A stretch of 64,000 nt of DNA from Pelomyxa schiedti (lineage: Eukaryota > Protista > Evosea): positions 1 to 64,000 of the forward strand of contig JAHLWZ010000386.1 in the NCBI GenBank assembly GCA_020536535.1, written 5' to 3'. The number at the start of each line of letters is the position of its first letter. Position 1 is the stretch's first letter. Positions 1 through 11,800 of the stretch are shown one piece after another. Both the position numbers and the translations under genes were made by a program. The notes beneath the pieces were generated by a model, which was not told where the DNA came from, searched no databases, and saw only the letters and a program-made list of their open reading frames with translations.

Positions 1-343
1 GTGCTGTACAGTGTTGTTTGCACTTGATTCACAGCCACAACATGCAAGTTTTGTCATTGTTCGTTGCGGCGCTTCTGGGTCACCCTTCACTTCATTCGCC
101 ACCCAATCGCCGCTGTTCGTCGCCATTGCAGCACATAAATCGACCCGTTTTCCTATAAAAATGATGATTTTTGAAACTATTGCCAATGTTTGCCCAAAGC
201 TCCCCGAAAACGAGTTTAAGTTTTTTCAGGACACTTATAGAGTTTGTTTAACTGGTTTTCGAGTTGGTTGTATCCCCGTAAGAGGGTTGAACATAACTTA
301 AAAAATTTCCTCCAATTTTTCTTTTCACAAACGAACACGGAAA

Positions 344-1867
344 ATGAACGACAACGATACCCAGGGAGAATACCACGAGCCCCATAATAAAAAACCTCGC
401 ACATTGGCGAGCCACAACAAAGGTTCCAGCCAAGTCGAACCAGGCCGAGGAGCCGGGCTGGCAACAAGAGTGCAGTATCACTTGGCTAAAATCCAGGAGC
501 CCCCAAACGAGCACAGTGACAATCATGGGATCCAAGTCGTCATATCCGCCAAGGACCAGTTTATTGCCCTGGCTGTTGGTGCCATGATCGAAAGGTGCGC
601 TGGCTTTCATGGGTCCGAGAATGGCAGCAGAAGGGCAAAACCAACAGTCACTTCGCCAACAGGAATGGCAAGACGGTGCGGTGGGAGCCGCTCTGCGGCC
701 CGTAATTATGGGAGTGCAATCTGGAGTTTGTCAGTGTGCCCTGGCGTGCTGAGTGTATTGGGGCAGGAATGGGTCCTGGCCGTGGAGAGGAGGGCCGCGT
801 TCACCGTGTCGCGCGGTGCTGGGTTTTTTGAGTGGGATAGTCCGCCGGCCTACCACTGTGGGAGAGGCACGCACATATACATCGAGGTGTCTTACACACT
901 CGGGGTTACCAAATGCAGCGGCTTTTTTACCCCAGATTACGATACCGTCTTTGAGGGATACATTGGCACCGCTAGTAGAGATACAAAGTTATCTAGAGCT
1001 TCACAAGTAGAGATTCCTCAGAATACAGGAGGAGAAACTACCAGTGCAAGTGCACATGGAGGAGGGGGTGATGAGAGGATTTTGATCTCGAAGCGTGACG
1101 GTTCGGTAGTGGATGTTGTTGACTGCCGTGGTTGTGTTGTGAGGAATCTATTCAAAAACAACGATTGGGGATTATTCTACGTGAAAACGCACTGCAACTC
1201 ACACTGGGTCGTGCTACACAGCTCTTCTGGCGGCAAATGGGGTTCTGTTCTGGTATGGAAGGTAGTGGATGGGCTTCCTGAAGGGTATTTCCCTCACACC
1301 ATGGAAGAAATGCGCCCTTTGCATGTCTGCTTCTCTGGTTGGAGTTGTGACGTTCTGCTCCTCTTTGGCTACGACTGTGATGCCAAATGTGGAACTGTGA
1401 CACTGGTGGATTTGAAGGAGTCATTCGAAACAGACTCACTTGTAATATTGCAAGAACTCAGGACTCTCTACACAATGGATCCAGTGAGGTTAGTTGGCTC
1501 AGACTCCGAACCCTACATCATTTTTGACAAGCAGATTTACAGCCCGGTATCAAACCGGGCCCACAAAATAGGGAACGGCTACCCGATTGATGTCATAAGT
1601 GCAACACAGTTCTGTGTTTCCGGAATAGACAACACCCCCGTACAAATTTACACTCTGCCCGACATTAGTACACCCAGTCTCACACTGTGGCCCCGAAAGC
1701 TTACTGAACCAGAACCCGCAGTTCTTGCCCCTTGTAAGATTCCGTTCCGGAGCGGAATTGTTGCTTGGAGGGTAGTCCCCTCAACACAATCACACAGTGC
1801 TAGAACAGTCCTCACCGACCTTGCAACAGGTGCTCTTCTTGCCATCATTCCACAAGGTTCTGCGTAA
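344..1867 (+). CDS. Intronless hypothetical protein (507 aa), lineage-specific expanded family
   Basis: Long uninterrupted ORF with A-rich context before the ATG. The N-terminal 'SAKDQFIALAVG...RC' motif and beta-rich C-terminus resemble a Pelomyxa-type hypothetical family (recalled, not searched). Confidence 0.7.
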   Translation: MNDNDTQGEYHEPHNKKPRTLASHNKGSSQVEPGRGAGLATRVQYHLAKIQEPPNEHSDNHGIQVVISAKDQFIALAVGAMIERCAGFHGSENGSRRAKPTVTSPTGMARRCGGSRSAARNYGSAIWSLSVCPGVLSVLGQEWVLAVERRAAFTVSRGAGFFEWDSPPAYHCGRGTHIYIEVSYTLGVTKCSGFFTPDYDTVFEGYIGTASRDTKLSRASQVEIPQNTGGETTSASAHGGGGDERILISKRDGSVVDVVDCRGCVVRNLFKNNDWGLFYVKTHCNSHWVVLHSSSGGKWGSVLVWKVVDGLPEGYFPHTMEEMRPLHVCFSGWSCDVLLLFGYDCDAKCGTVTLVDLKESFETDSLVILQELRTLYTMDPVRLVGSDSEPYIIFDKQIYSPVSNRAHKIGNGYPIDVISATQFCVSGIDNTPVQIYTLPDISTPSLTLWPRKLTEPEPAVLAPCKIPFRSGIVAWRVVPSTQSHSARTVLTDLATGALLAIIPQGSA

Positions 1868-1924
1868 CCAACATAGAAAGATTGTAGATCGCCATCTGTT
1901 ATCTGTTCCAAAAAATTAATTAAA

Positions 1925-3992
1925 ATGAACCGACGCGGGAAAAAAGCGGCTCCGTGTGCGGCCCCTCACACCCCCGTAGACACCAAACGACGTCGATCTG
2001 CCTCTTCCCCAGTCGCCGCGGACTCGGTCAGCACCCTCCCCTCTGCCGTACCCGCCAGCTCTCCCTCCCCCCGGGCCCCCGCTCCGGCGCCCAAGCCTGC
2101 TCCCGCCCCCGCCAGCGCCGAGCCGTCGCGGGCGATCGACCCCGCGCGGGCGGTGTACTTCAGGCTGCGGCGGGCGGGCTTGGCCCGGGGACACGGCCAC
2201 CCGTCCTTCGAGCAGGCGGCGGACGCGTCGTGCGGGCTGCAGGCGCAGGAGCTCCCCGCCGCCCTGCTGTCCCTCGCCGCGCGCGTCGACGTGGCCGCGG
2301 CCGCCGCTAGCCTCGTCAACGTCGGCGGCAGCGGTGCCCAGAATCAGACTGAGGCCGATGGGGGCGGCGAAAACGACGGGGGGGAGGATGGGGACGCGGA
2401 GAAGGGCGTGATGTCATCATCGGGCACAGCAACTGCGGCAATTGGGCAGTCCGGGGTTACTTATGCGTGGCTGCAAAAAACGGCTCTGGGCGGGGAGAGG
2501 CCAGCGCTTGTTAGGACTTATGGGCAGAGGAACACAATACATATTTTCCCTACATCGAGGTGCGTTACGTGGGAAGGTGATTTAGATTTTCAAATAATGT
2601 TTTGAAGTGTAACATTTGGCATGAACACCACGACTCCTTGAAAATAAATGCCAACAACTACTTCTTCTCAGGTGGCACACTTTGGCTACAGCTTCTTTGG
2701 ACTGGAACGACAATACTAGATGGTCTACATCTCTTTCGTCACTACACAAAGCTTGCATCAAAGCCAGTACTATTGTGTTGGAGTATGGGTCTCATGGCGC
2801 TACAAAAAGCGATCTTATGCCAAAAAAAATCACTCCAACTGCCGAGATAAAAGCAATTGCAAAGAACCTCAAGGGGAGAAAAGGATGTGAGAGACTAAAA
2901 TTTGATGATGTTTGCCTATCAAGGATTTTGCGGCTCTCCTCCAAGTATGGCTTGGTGTGCATTGGACCAAAGAGAGGCAGTTCCAACTGCTACATTGCAA
3001 GAGCGGCATATGCCCCTCATTTGGCCTGGCCTTCTGGTACTCCAAACAGTACAACTACTACAACTACCCATCCTTCAGCTTCAGTATCAACTTCATGCTC
3101 TTCAACTACAACAACATCTACTTCCCCAACCCCAAAAAGCAAAGAGGTACCAAAGAAAAAGTCATCTCACAGAGACAGTGATAGTGATAGCAGTCGCAGT
3201 GAGAGTGATAGTAGTCCGAGTGAGAGTGAGAGTGAGAGTAGTGAAAGCGAGAGTGAAGTAGAGAGTGCCGAAAGTGAAGGTGAGTCAGGAACTGAGACAC
3301 TGTTTCAAGTCAATGAGGTTACCAACACTTCCAACTTGGAACTTGTACGACTTTGGTTCCACTGCTATGCACCTGGAACTGAGCCAGACCTACGAAGGTT
3401 CTTTGGAGTTCGTGCGACTTTAAGCAAAAGCTGGATCAAAACACTGACAGAATCCGAGGAACTAGTGAAAGTTGAGTGTGGGGATAGGCCCGGGTTATAT
3501 GCACTGGCATCCGACTTGGGCGAACTCGCCGTTGCACCGCCGGCAACAGCGGATCCCCCTGTGATATTTCTCCCCCGATTTGATTCTCTCACCCTTGCAC
3601 ACAGTGACAAAACCTGGATGATGGATAAAAGTGACATAAGCAGGGTGTTCCGGCCGGCCGCACAGATTCTAGCGATTGTATTAGTTGGAGTCCGGGCAGT
3701 TGGAACCTGGGCATATTCCTCCAATAAATGCAATGATGAAGCCCAGGCAAGTGACAGTGAAGAAGAGGACGATGAACAGTCCAAGACCAAAACCAAACCC
3801 AAAGCCAAATCGACCAAGAAAAAGGCTGTGTCAAAATGCCCCAGTGTCAGCTGCACATTCACACCATTCCCGGGAACCCACAAGGCTGTTTGCGATTTGG
3901 TGATGCTGAACCTACGTAGGCACTCTGCGTTCCTTGCCTCGTTTTTCGAGGCTGGAGACCCCTCCTTAGCTGAGGCTCACCTGTTGGCGTGA
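1925..3992 (+). CDS. AlkZ/YcaQ-family (HTH_42, winged-helix) DNA glycosylase-like protein; 2 exons, intron 2560-2671
   Basis: Motifs GLQAQE (QxQ), LSLAARV, LVRTYGQRNTIHIF, YAPGTEPDLRRFFG, FLPRFDSLTLAH and LVGVRAVGTW match HTH_42 proteins. The GT..AG intron joins ORFs 1925-2605 and 2682-3992 in frame (S-R-W-H-T-L-A-T). Confidence 0.8.
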
Positions 3993-4319
3993 GGTATCCC
4001 CTATTGGCTCTTTCCTCCTCTTCCTCTCGTGTTGCACTACTCCAAACGACTGTGCATCTGCACTGACTGTTGCAAATGCCTCAGGCCACTTTGTGAAGTG
4101 GTCCACAAATACCAGTGAAACTCAATTTACTTCAACCAAAACAATAATCCAAGTCGATTCTACACGTTTGTTTTTTTATTTCAGATACAACTGTGGTTGT
4201 GCTCCTTCCTGGGCGCTATCTCGCGTCTGGCACAACACAAATCAACCAAAGTTCTATTCCAGGAGGGGGATCCAATAGTGCTGTGACTACCAGGGCCACA
4301 CAGAGCACATTGATACACA

Positions 4320-4781
4320 TCAAAAGTACACGCCGTCGCCAGACAGGTGCTGCTGCCGCTGCTGCTGTGTGCTCAGGCGAGACGACGTGGAGGATGACGC
4401 GGACGACGGCGTGCGCTCCGCGTCGGGCCCCCGCTGCTCGGCCGACCGGGACCTCGGCCCCGGCCGCGACGAGGGCGAGCCCTGCGCCAGGGGGACGACG
4501 CCGCTGGGCGACGAGCACCGCAGCTGGCTGTGGGCCCCGGGGCTGTGGGGAGTAGCGGGGGGCGGCGGCTGCGGGTACGCGCCGGGGCCGCTGGGCCCGA
4601 TGGCGTGGCTGCTGGTCGTGTACAGCGGCCCGTCGCGCTTGGCCATGGCTGTTTTCTCGTGGGCTATCTGCAGGGCCAGGGCCCACAGCTCCGCCTTGCG
4701 CCTCGTCGTCCTGGGCCCTCGCTCTGACTTTATTTTCTTGTTGTCGTTGGTAGCGCACCCGGCACCACACCCACTGCTCAT
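4320..4781 (-). CDS. Small low-complexity hypothetical protein (3' end uncertain, may be spliced)
   Basis: ATG at 4781 follows an A-rich leader, and the GC-rich body resembles the 5' regions of other genes here. No recognisable domain. Confidence 0.35.
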   Translation of the reverse strand: MSSGCGAGCATNDNKKIKSERGPRTTRRKAELWALALQIAHEKTAMAKRDGPLYTTSSHAIGPSGPGAYPQPPPPATPHSPGAHSQLRCSSPSGVVPLAQGSPSSRPGPRSRSAEQRGPDAERTPSSASSSTSSRLSTQQQRQQHLSGDGVYF

Positions 4782-4877
4782 TTTATGTTTGTTTTTTGGA
4801 TTTTAAAAGCTAATGAAGAACAACGCCTGGAAAAAACAACAAGACAACATGTATTTGCAGAATGTTTCTTTTTTTTA

Positions 4878-6080
4878 TTATTCCTTTTGGGTGATTCTAA
4901 TGGGACTCGGTCTTTGGGGGCTCTCCGGTGGCTCCAGGTGCAACGGTGCGGGATGTTGTGGTCACAAGGGGTTTGCGGACTGTTGGGAAGTGTGATTAGA
5001 GCGGAGAAACAAGGGGAGATGGAAGGAGGGCTTACATGGCTCAGAGAGAGCGGGCTGGATGAAAATGTTTCGGTTCTCAATGACAACCTTGTCAAGTACT
5101 TGAAGTGCCCTAGTTTGATCGTCCTCAGAGGCAAGCTCAACGAAACCAAAGCCCTTGCTCTGGCCGTCTGGTCTCTTCATGACTCTTGCTTCCTTCACGT
5201 TGAACTCGTTAAAGATTTCACGAAGGGTTTCATCCTCAACAACGTAGGGCAAGTTTCCAATGAAGAGGGTTGTCTTGGATGGTGTTCTAGATGAAAGTTT
5301 AGTAAGACAGTATTAACTCTTGCAGTGGAAAACCTGGAAGCGGCTGGCTGGGTCCTCTGCCTGAGTCTGCGGGGGAATCTTTGTGGCATCATCATCATTT
5401 GTGGAACCATGTAGGGCATTTGGGCCATTTGCTGCATTTGGGGCATAGCTTGCATTTGAGGGGGCATAACTGCCTGTTGGGGAGGCATTACTTGTTGTGT
5501 TTGCTGGGGAGGAGGAGCTGGTTGAGAGGTTTGAGGAACACCAAAGTAATCAGGGCGACCCATCATGTTCATGTAGCCCATTGGCATGCCGAAGGGGGGC
5601 ATGAAACCAAAGCGAGGGGGTTGGCGAGGGAATCGGGGGCGGCGAGCACTGCATTAAGTGTTACAACTTACTTATTCTGTTTGATGTTTAGTTGTCGGTA
5701 ACTCACGGTGCATTTGGGTCACGGGGGTGAGCAAGTTCAACGTTAATTGGTCTGGAGTCAATCTCCTTGTGATTCATTCTCTCAACTGCCCTTGCAGCAC
5801 TCTCGGGGTTATCGAATTCGACGAAACCGTAGCCAAGAGAGCGAGGACCGTTTGCAATGATATTCACAGAGACACTATAGCGCGTTGGAAACAAGAAAAA
5901 ACGAGTAAAAAAAAAATACAAATGACGACAATACAGAGGGGGAAAAAAAACGATAATATGCGACACCGAAAAAACAAAAACGGGGCCGTACACTTTGCCA
6001 ACAGCGCTGAACTCGCGTTCGAGATCTGCCTCACGAGTCTTGAAAGAAAGGTTGCCAACGAACACCTTGGACGAGGCCAT
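4878..6080 (-). CDS. RNA-binding protein with two RRM domains and a Gln/Met/Pro-rich linker (multi-exon)
   Basis: RNP2/RNP1 motifs VFVGNL...LGYGFVEF and LFIGNL...KGFGFVEL. The spliced last exon ends ...RITQKE* with TAA at 4878-4880. Confidence 0.85.
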
Positions 6081-7286
6081 CGAGTTGCGGAACAGAGATC
6101 TTGGAGGGTCGGTGTAGTGTCTTTTTGCTTTTTGGGTTTGGAAAAGAAAAATGATTAAGCCGGGACTTATTTTTGTGTCTCTTTTGGAGTTGCATACTCC
6201 GGCATTATTTCGCAATTGCACTAATTCGTATCTGTTGAGATCTGTTCACCACTGGGAGGGGGGCTGCCAACTTGGACAAAAACCTAAATCAGTTCGAAGA
6301 ACGGTGTGCGAGACACTCCTTCACTTGTGTGTGAAAACGTTCCATGTCCGCGCTGAGTTGTTGCTGTTACGTCCGATTCGATCACCTCTTATTCTTTGAA
6401 TTCGATGTGCACCGATCTAGTCGAATCTGTTGTGAGAGCAAAAAAAACCTAAACTTTAGAAACGTTGGCCTGTAAGGAAGAAAAACTGTGTACCTAACTG
6501 CAGAACAAAGGTCTGGGTATTCCAATGTCCCCAGGCAGTGAATTTTTGTGCTTATGGAGCTCCATTCCTGTTGCATATGGTAAACGGAAAACCTTTAGCT
6601 TCTGCTACCAATTTCAGCTGATGTCTCCAGTGTTTCTTGTGATGCCTGGTGACTGGATGAAACAAAATGATAGCATGTGGGCTGTGTGTTAAAAAAAAAA
6701 AAAGCGAAAGTCGCACCTCCTATGATATATCTTTGTCAATACACAGACGCCGAGATTTATTCTTGGTGTCTTCAATTAATTTCTCAGATAGTTCAAGGTG
6801 TAGGCGTTGGTATGTATGTCCATGTGTTAGGTTAACACTTTCCCTTTAGAACTCTGTCTCTGTTCCGGTGTTCCATGCAACAATTGATTTGGTTTCAATT
6901 GGTAGTTTTCCCAGATACGTGTAAATAGTAGTAGCATACAATTGAGTGGCAATTCCACAAAGAACATTGAGACTGTTAATATGAGGTGGGGGTATGTAAT
7001 AGGAGGCGATAGTCGTTGCATATTGCAACCTCACTTCTTGTAGTCAGCGCAGCACACGACCGTCAGTTGCGTGCAGCGTGATGAACTGATGGGATTTGTT
7101 TTTTATTTTTATGTTGTCGTACTGGGCCGCATTGTTACCAGAGGAGTAATGAAGAAAAAAAACGACGGGCGTTCTATCCTTGTCTTGTGAGTGTGGTACC
7201 TCCAATTGGGCCTCAATGTACGTTGCGTGGAAGTTTTTTTTTGCCGTTTCAAAGGACCAACCGTTCAAAACGAAACCGTTTTTCTC

Positions 7287-8786
7287 ATGAGCGCAACACC
7301 GTCGAAAAGACCAGCCGGCCGTAGCCCCCAAAAAGACGACGACGGAGAGGGTCACCCAACCGCCGGCACAAAAAAGTCGCGGACTGGTACTCCGGCCTGT
7401 GAGCCAAAGCCTGTCCCTGTGCAGGTGCCTTCACTCTCCGCTCCCATAACCAAGTCTGTTGCGTCAGCGTCAGTATCAGGCAGCGTATCGCTCATTGACT
7501 TGCCAACCAATGTGCTGGTGGTTTTGGCTGCCCAACTTGGTGACGGCGTTTCGGGGTTGTGCAAGTTGGCTGCTGTGTGTCAGTGTATAAGGGCGCGCTG
7601 TTCTGACATCGAGCACTTTGTGAAGCCGGTATGCGCCGCTTATGGGTTGGTTTTCCCATTTATGCCACCCAATGCTCCCCTATCAGGTATCACTTTCAAT
7701 TTGTTTTTTTTTACCTTGTTTTAAACATTGGGTTACATGATATTTGGTTTTGATTATCTTATGTTTCAATCTTAATCATTTGTTTTTACTTAGCGCATGA
7801 GTTGAGAAAAGTCTGGCCTATGTGCTGCCAGGTAAAGAAATACTTACATGAATTGGATGAGCTCACTGGCTTGGTTAAGTTTGCAACACCGGAACACCGG
7901 GCAAGAGCCCGCGAGGTTGTACTATCCCGCCTTTGGGAAAAATTAACAAAATTGCCTCAGGGTTTGGAGGAGTTATTCGCAGCTCATAAGGTTATCATTC
8001 CACCAGAGTGGCAACAAGTGTGGCACACTATACATTCCTTTGGTGTAGAGCTTTCCTTCCGTATCTATGATGCGGAACCTCCGCTCAAATTTTTGGGCGT
8101 TGACTGTGATCCAGAAGAGTGTGAGGATGAGGGTGAGGATTACACTGAGTTCTTCAAAAAGCACCCCTCGGTTCATGTTGGTGATATTGGCAGGGGGGCT
8201 GATGCCTACATTGACATCTTTGTGGCTGTGTCCCCTAAAGAGTACGGCAAGTTGATGTCCTGCCAAGATGGTGAACTCCACGCTACCAATGAAACGTAAA
8301 AACCATCCCCTTTTTCCACTTAGCAAACATCTAATACTTCTTCAATCCGAAATCCAACACTGCAGAGCTTGCACTTTGCTTTCTGGAGCTGTGAAGCTTA
8401 TTCGGGACCACCTCAAGGAAAATCCGGCCGACACCAAAGACCAGGCGGAACATTGGATAATCGATATAGGCGACAATACAGGCTGGTATGAATTCATAGA
8501 CTGGGCCAATGGCGACGAAGAGGACGACGAAGATAAAGAGGACGGCGGCGACGATGACAAAGCCGACAAGGAAGAAGAAGAAGAAGAAGAAGAGGGTAAG
8601 AAGAGTACAAAGAAGAAGCCAGAAAAAAAGCCCAAAAAGAAAAAAGATGATGAGAAAGAGGAAGCCTCTGATGCAGATGATGATGAGGGTGAGAAGAAAG
8701 TTCCAAAGAAGAAAGGGAAGAAGAAGCATGGGGATGATGAGGACGAGGACGAGGAAGAGGCAGAGGGTGAGGATGAAGAGAGTTGA
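7287..8786 (+). CDS. F-box-like protein with a possible SMI1/KNR4 (SUKH)-like domain and an acidic/Lys-rich tail; 3 exons
   Basis: LIDLPTNVLVVLAAQL...LCKLAAVCQ is F-box-like. The central IPPEW...VGDIGRG...YGKL is SUKH-like. Introns at about 7687-7793 and 8296-8365. Confidence 0.55.
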
Positions 8787-8864
8787 TACTCCACTGGCGG
8801 TTGGGAAACGAAGGGATGTCAAACAGAGTCGACAAACAACTAAAAAACAAAATTTTATTTCTTT

Positions 8865-11800
8865 CTAGGAGGAATCCTTTCCTTTTGGGGCTGTTGTGGT
8901 TTCCTTCTCTGTTTTGCTTGTACTATCCTCCATTGGTGTGTCCACAGCATCCTTTTTTTCTGTGGATGTTGTTGGGGGTTGTGGGTGTACCTCCTCCATT
9001 GGGTGGGAGGGTGTTGCTGTGTTTGTAGTCGCCTTGTCTGGAGTGTTCACGGCATTGCGAGAAGCAATCACTGCTTCTCGTATTTGTTGCTGTTGTATCA
9101 CAGCAAGGGACATGAGTGTAGATACAATTTGCCCCATGTGAACAACATCTACTACCGGGAACATAGTGCCGGTGGTAGTCACCTGCGTGTACAGGGCAAA
9201 GTGTTAGGCTCTTAGTTGTACAAGAAAGTCAACTTACTTGTCTTTGGGTTGGAAAGGCCTCTTCTTGAACTAATTGTAGTGAATCTGGTCTGGCAGCTAG
9301 TAAACTGAAAGTTTTTGTCAGTTCATAGCAGTTCTCAAAAAGAGCTTTGCGGCAGAAAACATAAAGCCCTAGACGAGCACGGGACATTGCTACCACTAGC
9401 CGCCGCACATCACGTATGTGGCCTACAGTCTTTGTGCGCACAAGTGAAAGGAGGATATCTTTGTCAATGTCAGTTGTAACTTGTATTTTCAAGCGGCATA
9501 CAATCATTTTGCTGCCCCTGGAACTTGTCCACCGTTGTAACTTGATGTGGGTCTCCAATGAGAGGATTCTTTGAGCACCTTCGATCTACTATATCTCGTA
9601 AAAGGTGTTTCTGTCCGTTGTACGTTGTGAGGATCGAAATTCTCTCCCGAGGGTACCTTGAGTTGAGTGTTAAGTCATAGAGACTATCCTGAACGAAGAC
9701 AATACCCCAATAGCCGCATGTACATGTAACATTGAACTACATATTCTGCTTCACCAAGATTTTGGAAGAAGTGTGGGACGGGTTCTGATTCCCCTCTCCC
9801 TTCATAGTCATTGACATTAATAAGCTGGTAATCATATGCAAATCTAACAAGGCTTAGCTGCATTATCCTTCGAAGTGATGACTAACCCTGCATTTGCGAA
9901 ACGGTATTCCTCATTATTTAAAACGAATGGTAAGTTTCCCAGGTTTCTATATTTCCAGTTGTAAAGTGCTGCTATTTCCGGTCTGGATCTTCCCTTTTTA
10001 AAAAAATTAATTCATATTTGTATTAGTGAGGCTCAAACCTGAGCATCAAGTTCATGGTAACGAACACCAAGCCGGACAAATCGGGTAAACAGACTTTGAT
10101 CTAGATGTCCATATTTCTGGAAAGCAACATTTTTTACTACTGGAGGAAGTTGGTTATGATCTCCAATGAGAACAACACGCTTCAGTCTATTACCTGCACG
10201 AAATTACTAGAAGTAAGGAGAAGTAGCGTCACACTGCTTTCCGATTCCCGATCCATTTTTTGAAGAAGCATGGGAATGAAGGTCTCTATCTCGAGAATTT
10301 GGGCAGCTTCTTCCATTACAATGTTATCGTATTTGAACTCCATTGAAACCAAATCCCTACGCTTTTATGGATTAGTGATTAGAATTGCACTCGAGCTGAA
10401 AATACCTTTAGGGCAGCATGAGTACAAGTCATTGCAATGATTTTTGCTTGCTTGGTGAGAAGATAATTAGACCTATCGAAAGTGCTTCGTAATAATTCGA
10501 AAGCTCTGCACTCTTCAATTTCTGCAAACTACTGTTGGTTAGGAAGCAGAAGAGGCAAGGAGGTGTCACTACCAAGCGCTTGAGGTGCCTGAAGCATCCT
10601 TGGGCTGTTTCCATGTCTTTTTCATAAACCCCAACAAAAAGAGGCTGTGGTGCAGTGGAGAAGAAATTCACTGTTCAATCATTAATAAGTTGATGCACTA
10701 AATGAAACAGGATTTACTGAAAGGGAACTGATCTCTGACGGCAGTGGGAACGGATTGTAGACGCCTAAAAGAAAGTTTGACCTGATTGTTTTGAAGGCAT
10801 TACCACATACTGGACAACAGCCAAAAATTTCTCCCATCTGCTCAGAACATTCAGCAAGAAAAAGTGTGCTGCAGTCTCGCATGTCACAGACGCCAGCTCC
10901 ATGGAAATGCCCAAACTGGTGCCAAGTCTCTCAACTTCCGCTAAGTTATGAAGTCTCATCTCAAGCATTTGATTAACACGGCCCTTGCGGCTGAAGTCTT
11001 TGGATGTCTCCAGTTCACGTTCACCATGACCAAGACGAAGCAAATGTTGCTCTTGAACATCTAGATTGAGAAGTGTTAGTTGCCAGAAAAAATATTAGAG
11101 GAGTACCGAGGCAGATAATTTTCTCAAACAGTTGGTTTAGTGCTTGATTTGAGTGTGTGACAAGTAGTGTCCTTTGCTCCGGGAAAGTATGATATAGATT
11201 TGAGATAATCTGTACAGCCACATCGGTTTTCCCTGTACCTGGGGGTCCAACCACCATTGTTAAACCTTCATTTAATCCAGATTGTATAGCAGCCACTAAA
11301 TAATTGCCAATTAGAATCGCTAAGAATAAAGAAAAAATGCCTTGAACGGGGGTGAACGGGACCCTGTTTTTCTTGGGTATGTATTGCGGATAGGGCCCAC
11401 AGGAAGGGGTTTTATACGGAGTCACTATTACAGTGTCCTACACCAAAAAATTACAAAGTTGTTGCTTGCTGTGTATTTGAACCTCCATATCCTTTGGAAA
11501 GGTGAGTTTGAAAGGTGGTTCTTTTTGATCAATGCCACCTTCGAATATGACTTTCTGCACGCACTTTGTTACCAGGAAAGAAGATGTAAACAAGGCAACC
11601 TTCCCAGGAAAACATGCAAGAACATGTTCTGCTGACAGGAATGTGTCAACAAAATCCATGACTTCAACCTTTTGTATGAGAATCTCCTGGTCTGCACTGC
11701 CATAGCCTGATGAGGAGTGTTATTGATATGGAGATTCCTGCTTTCCATTACCCAAGAAAATGTCATTGAGCCATTCAGGCACCACGAACTCGGAGTTCAT

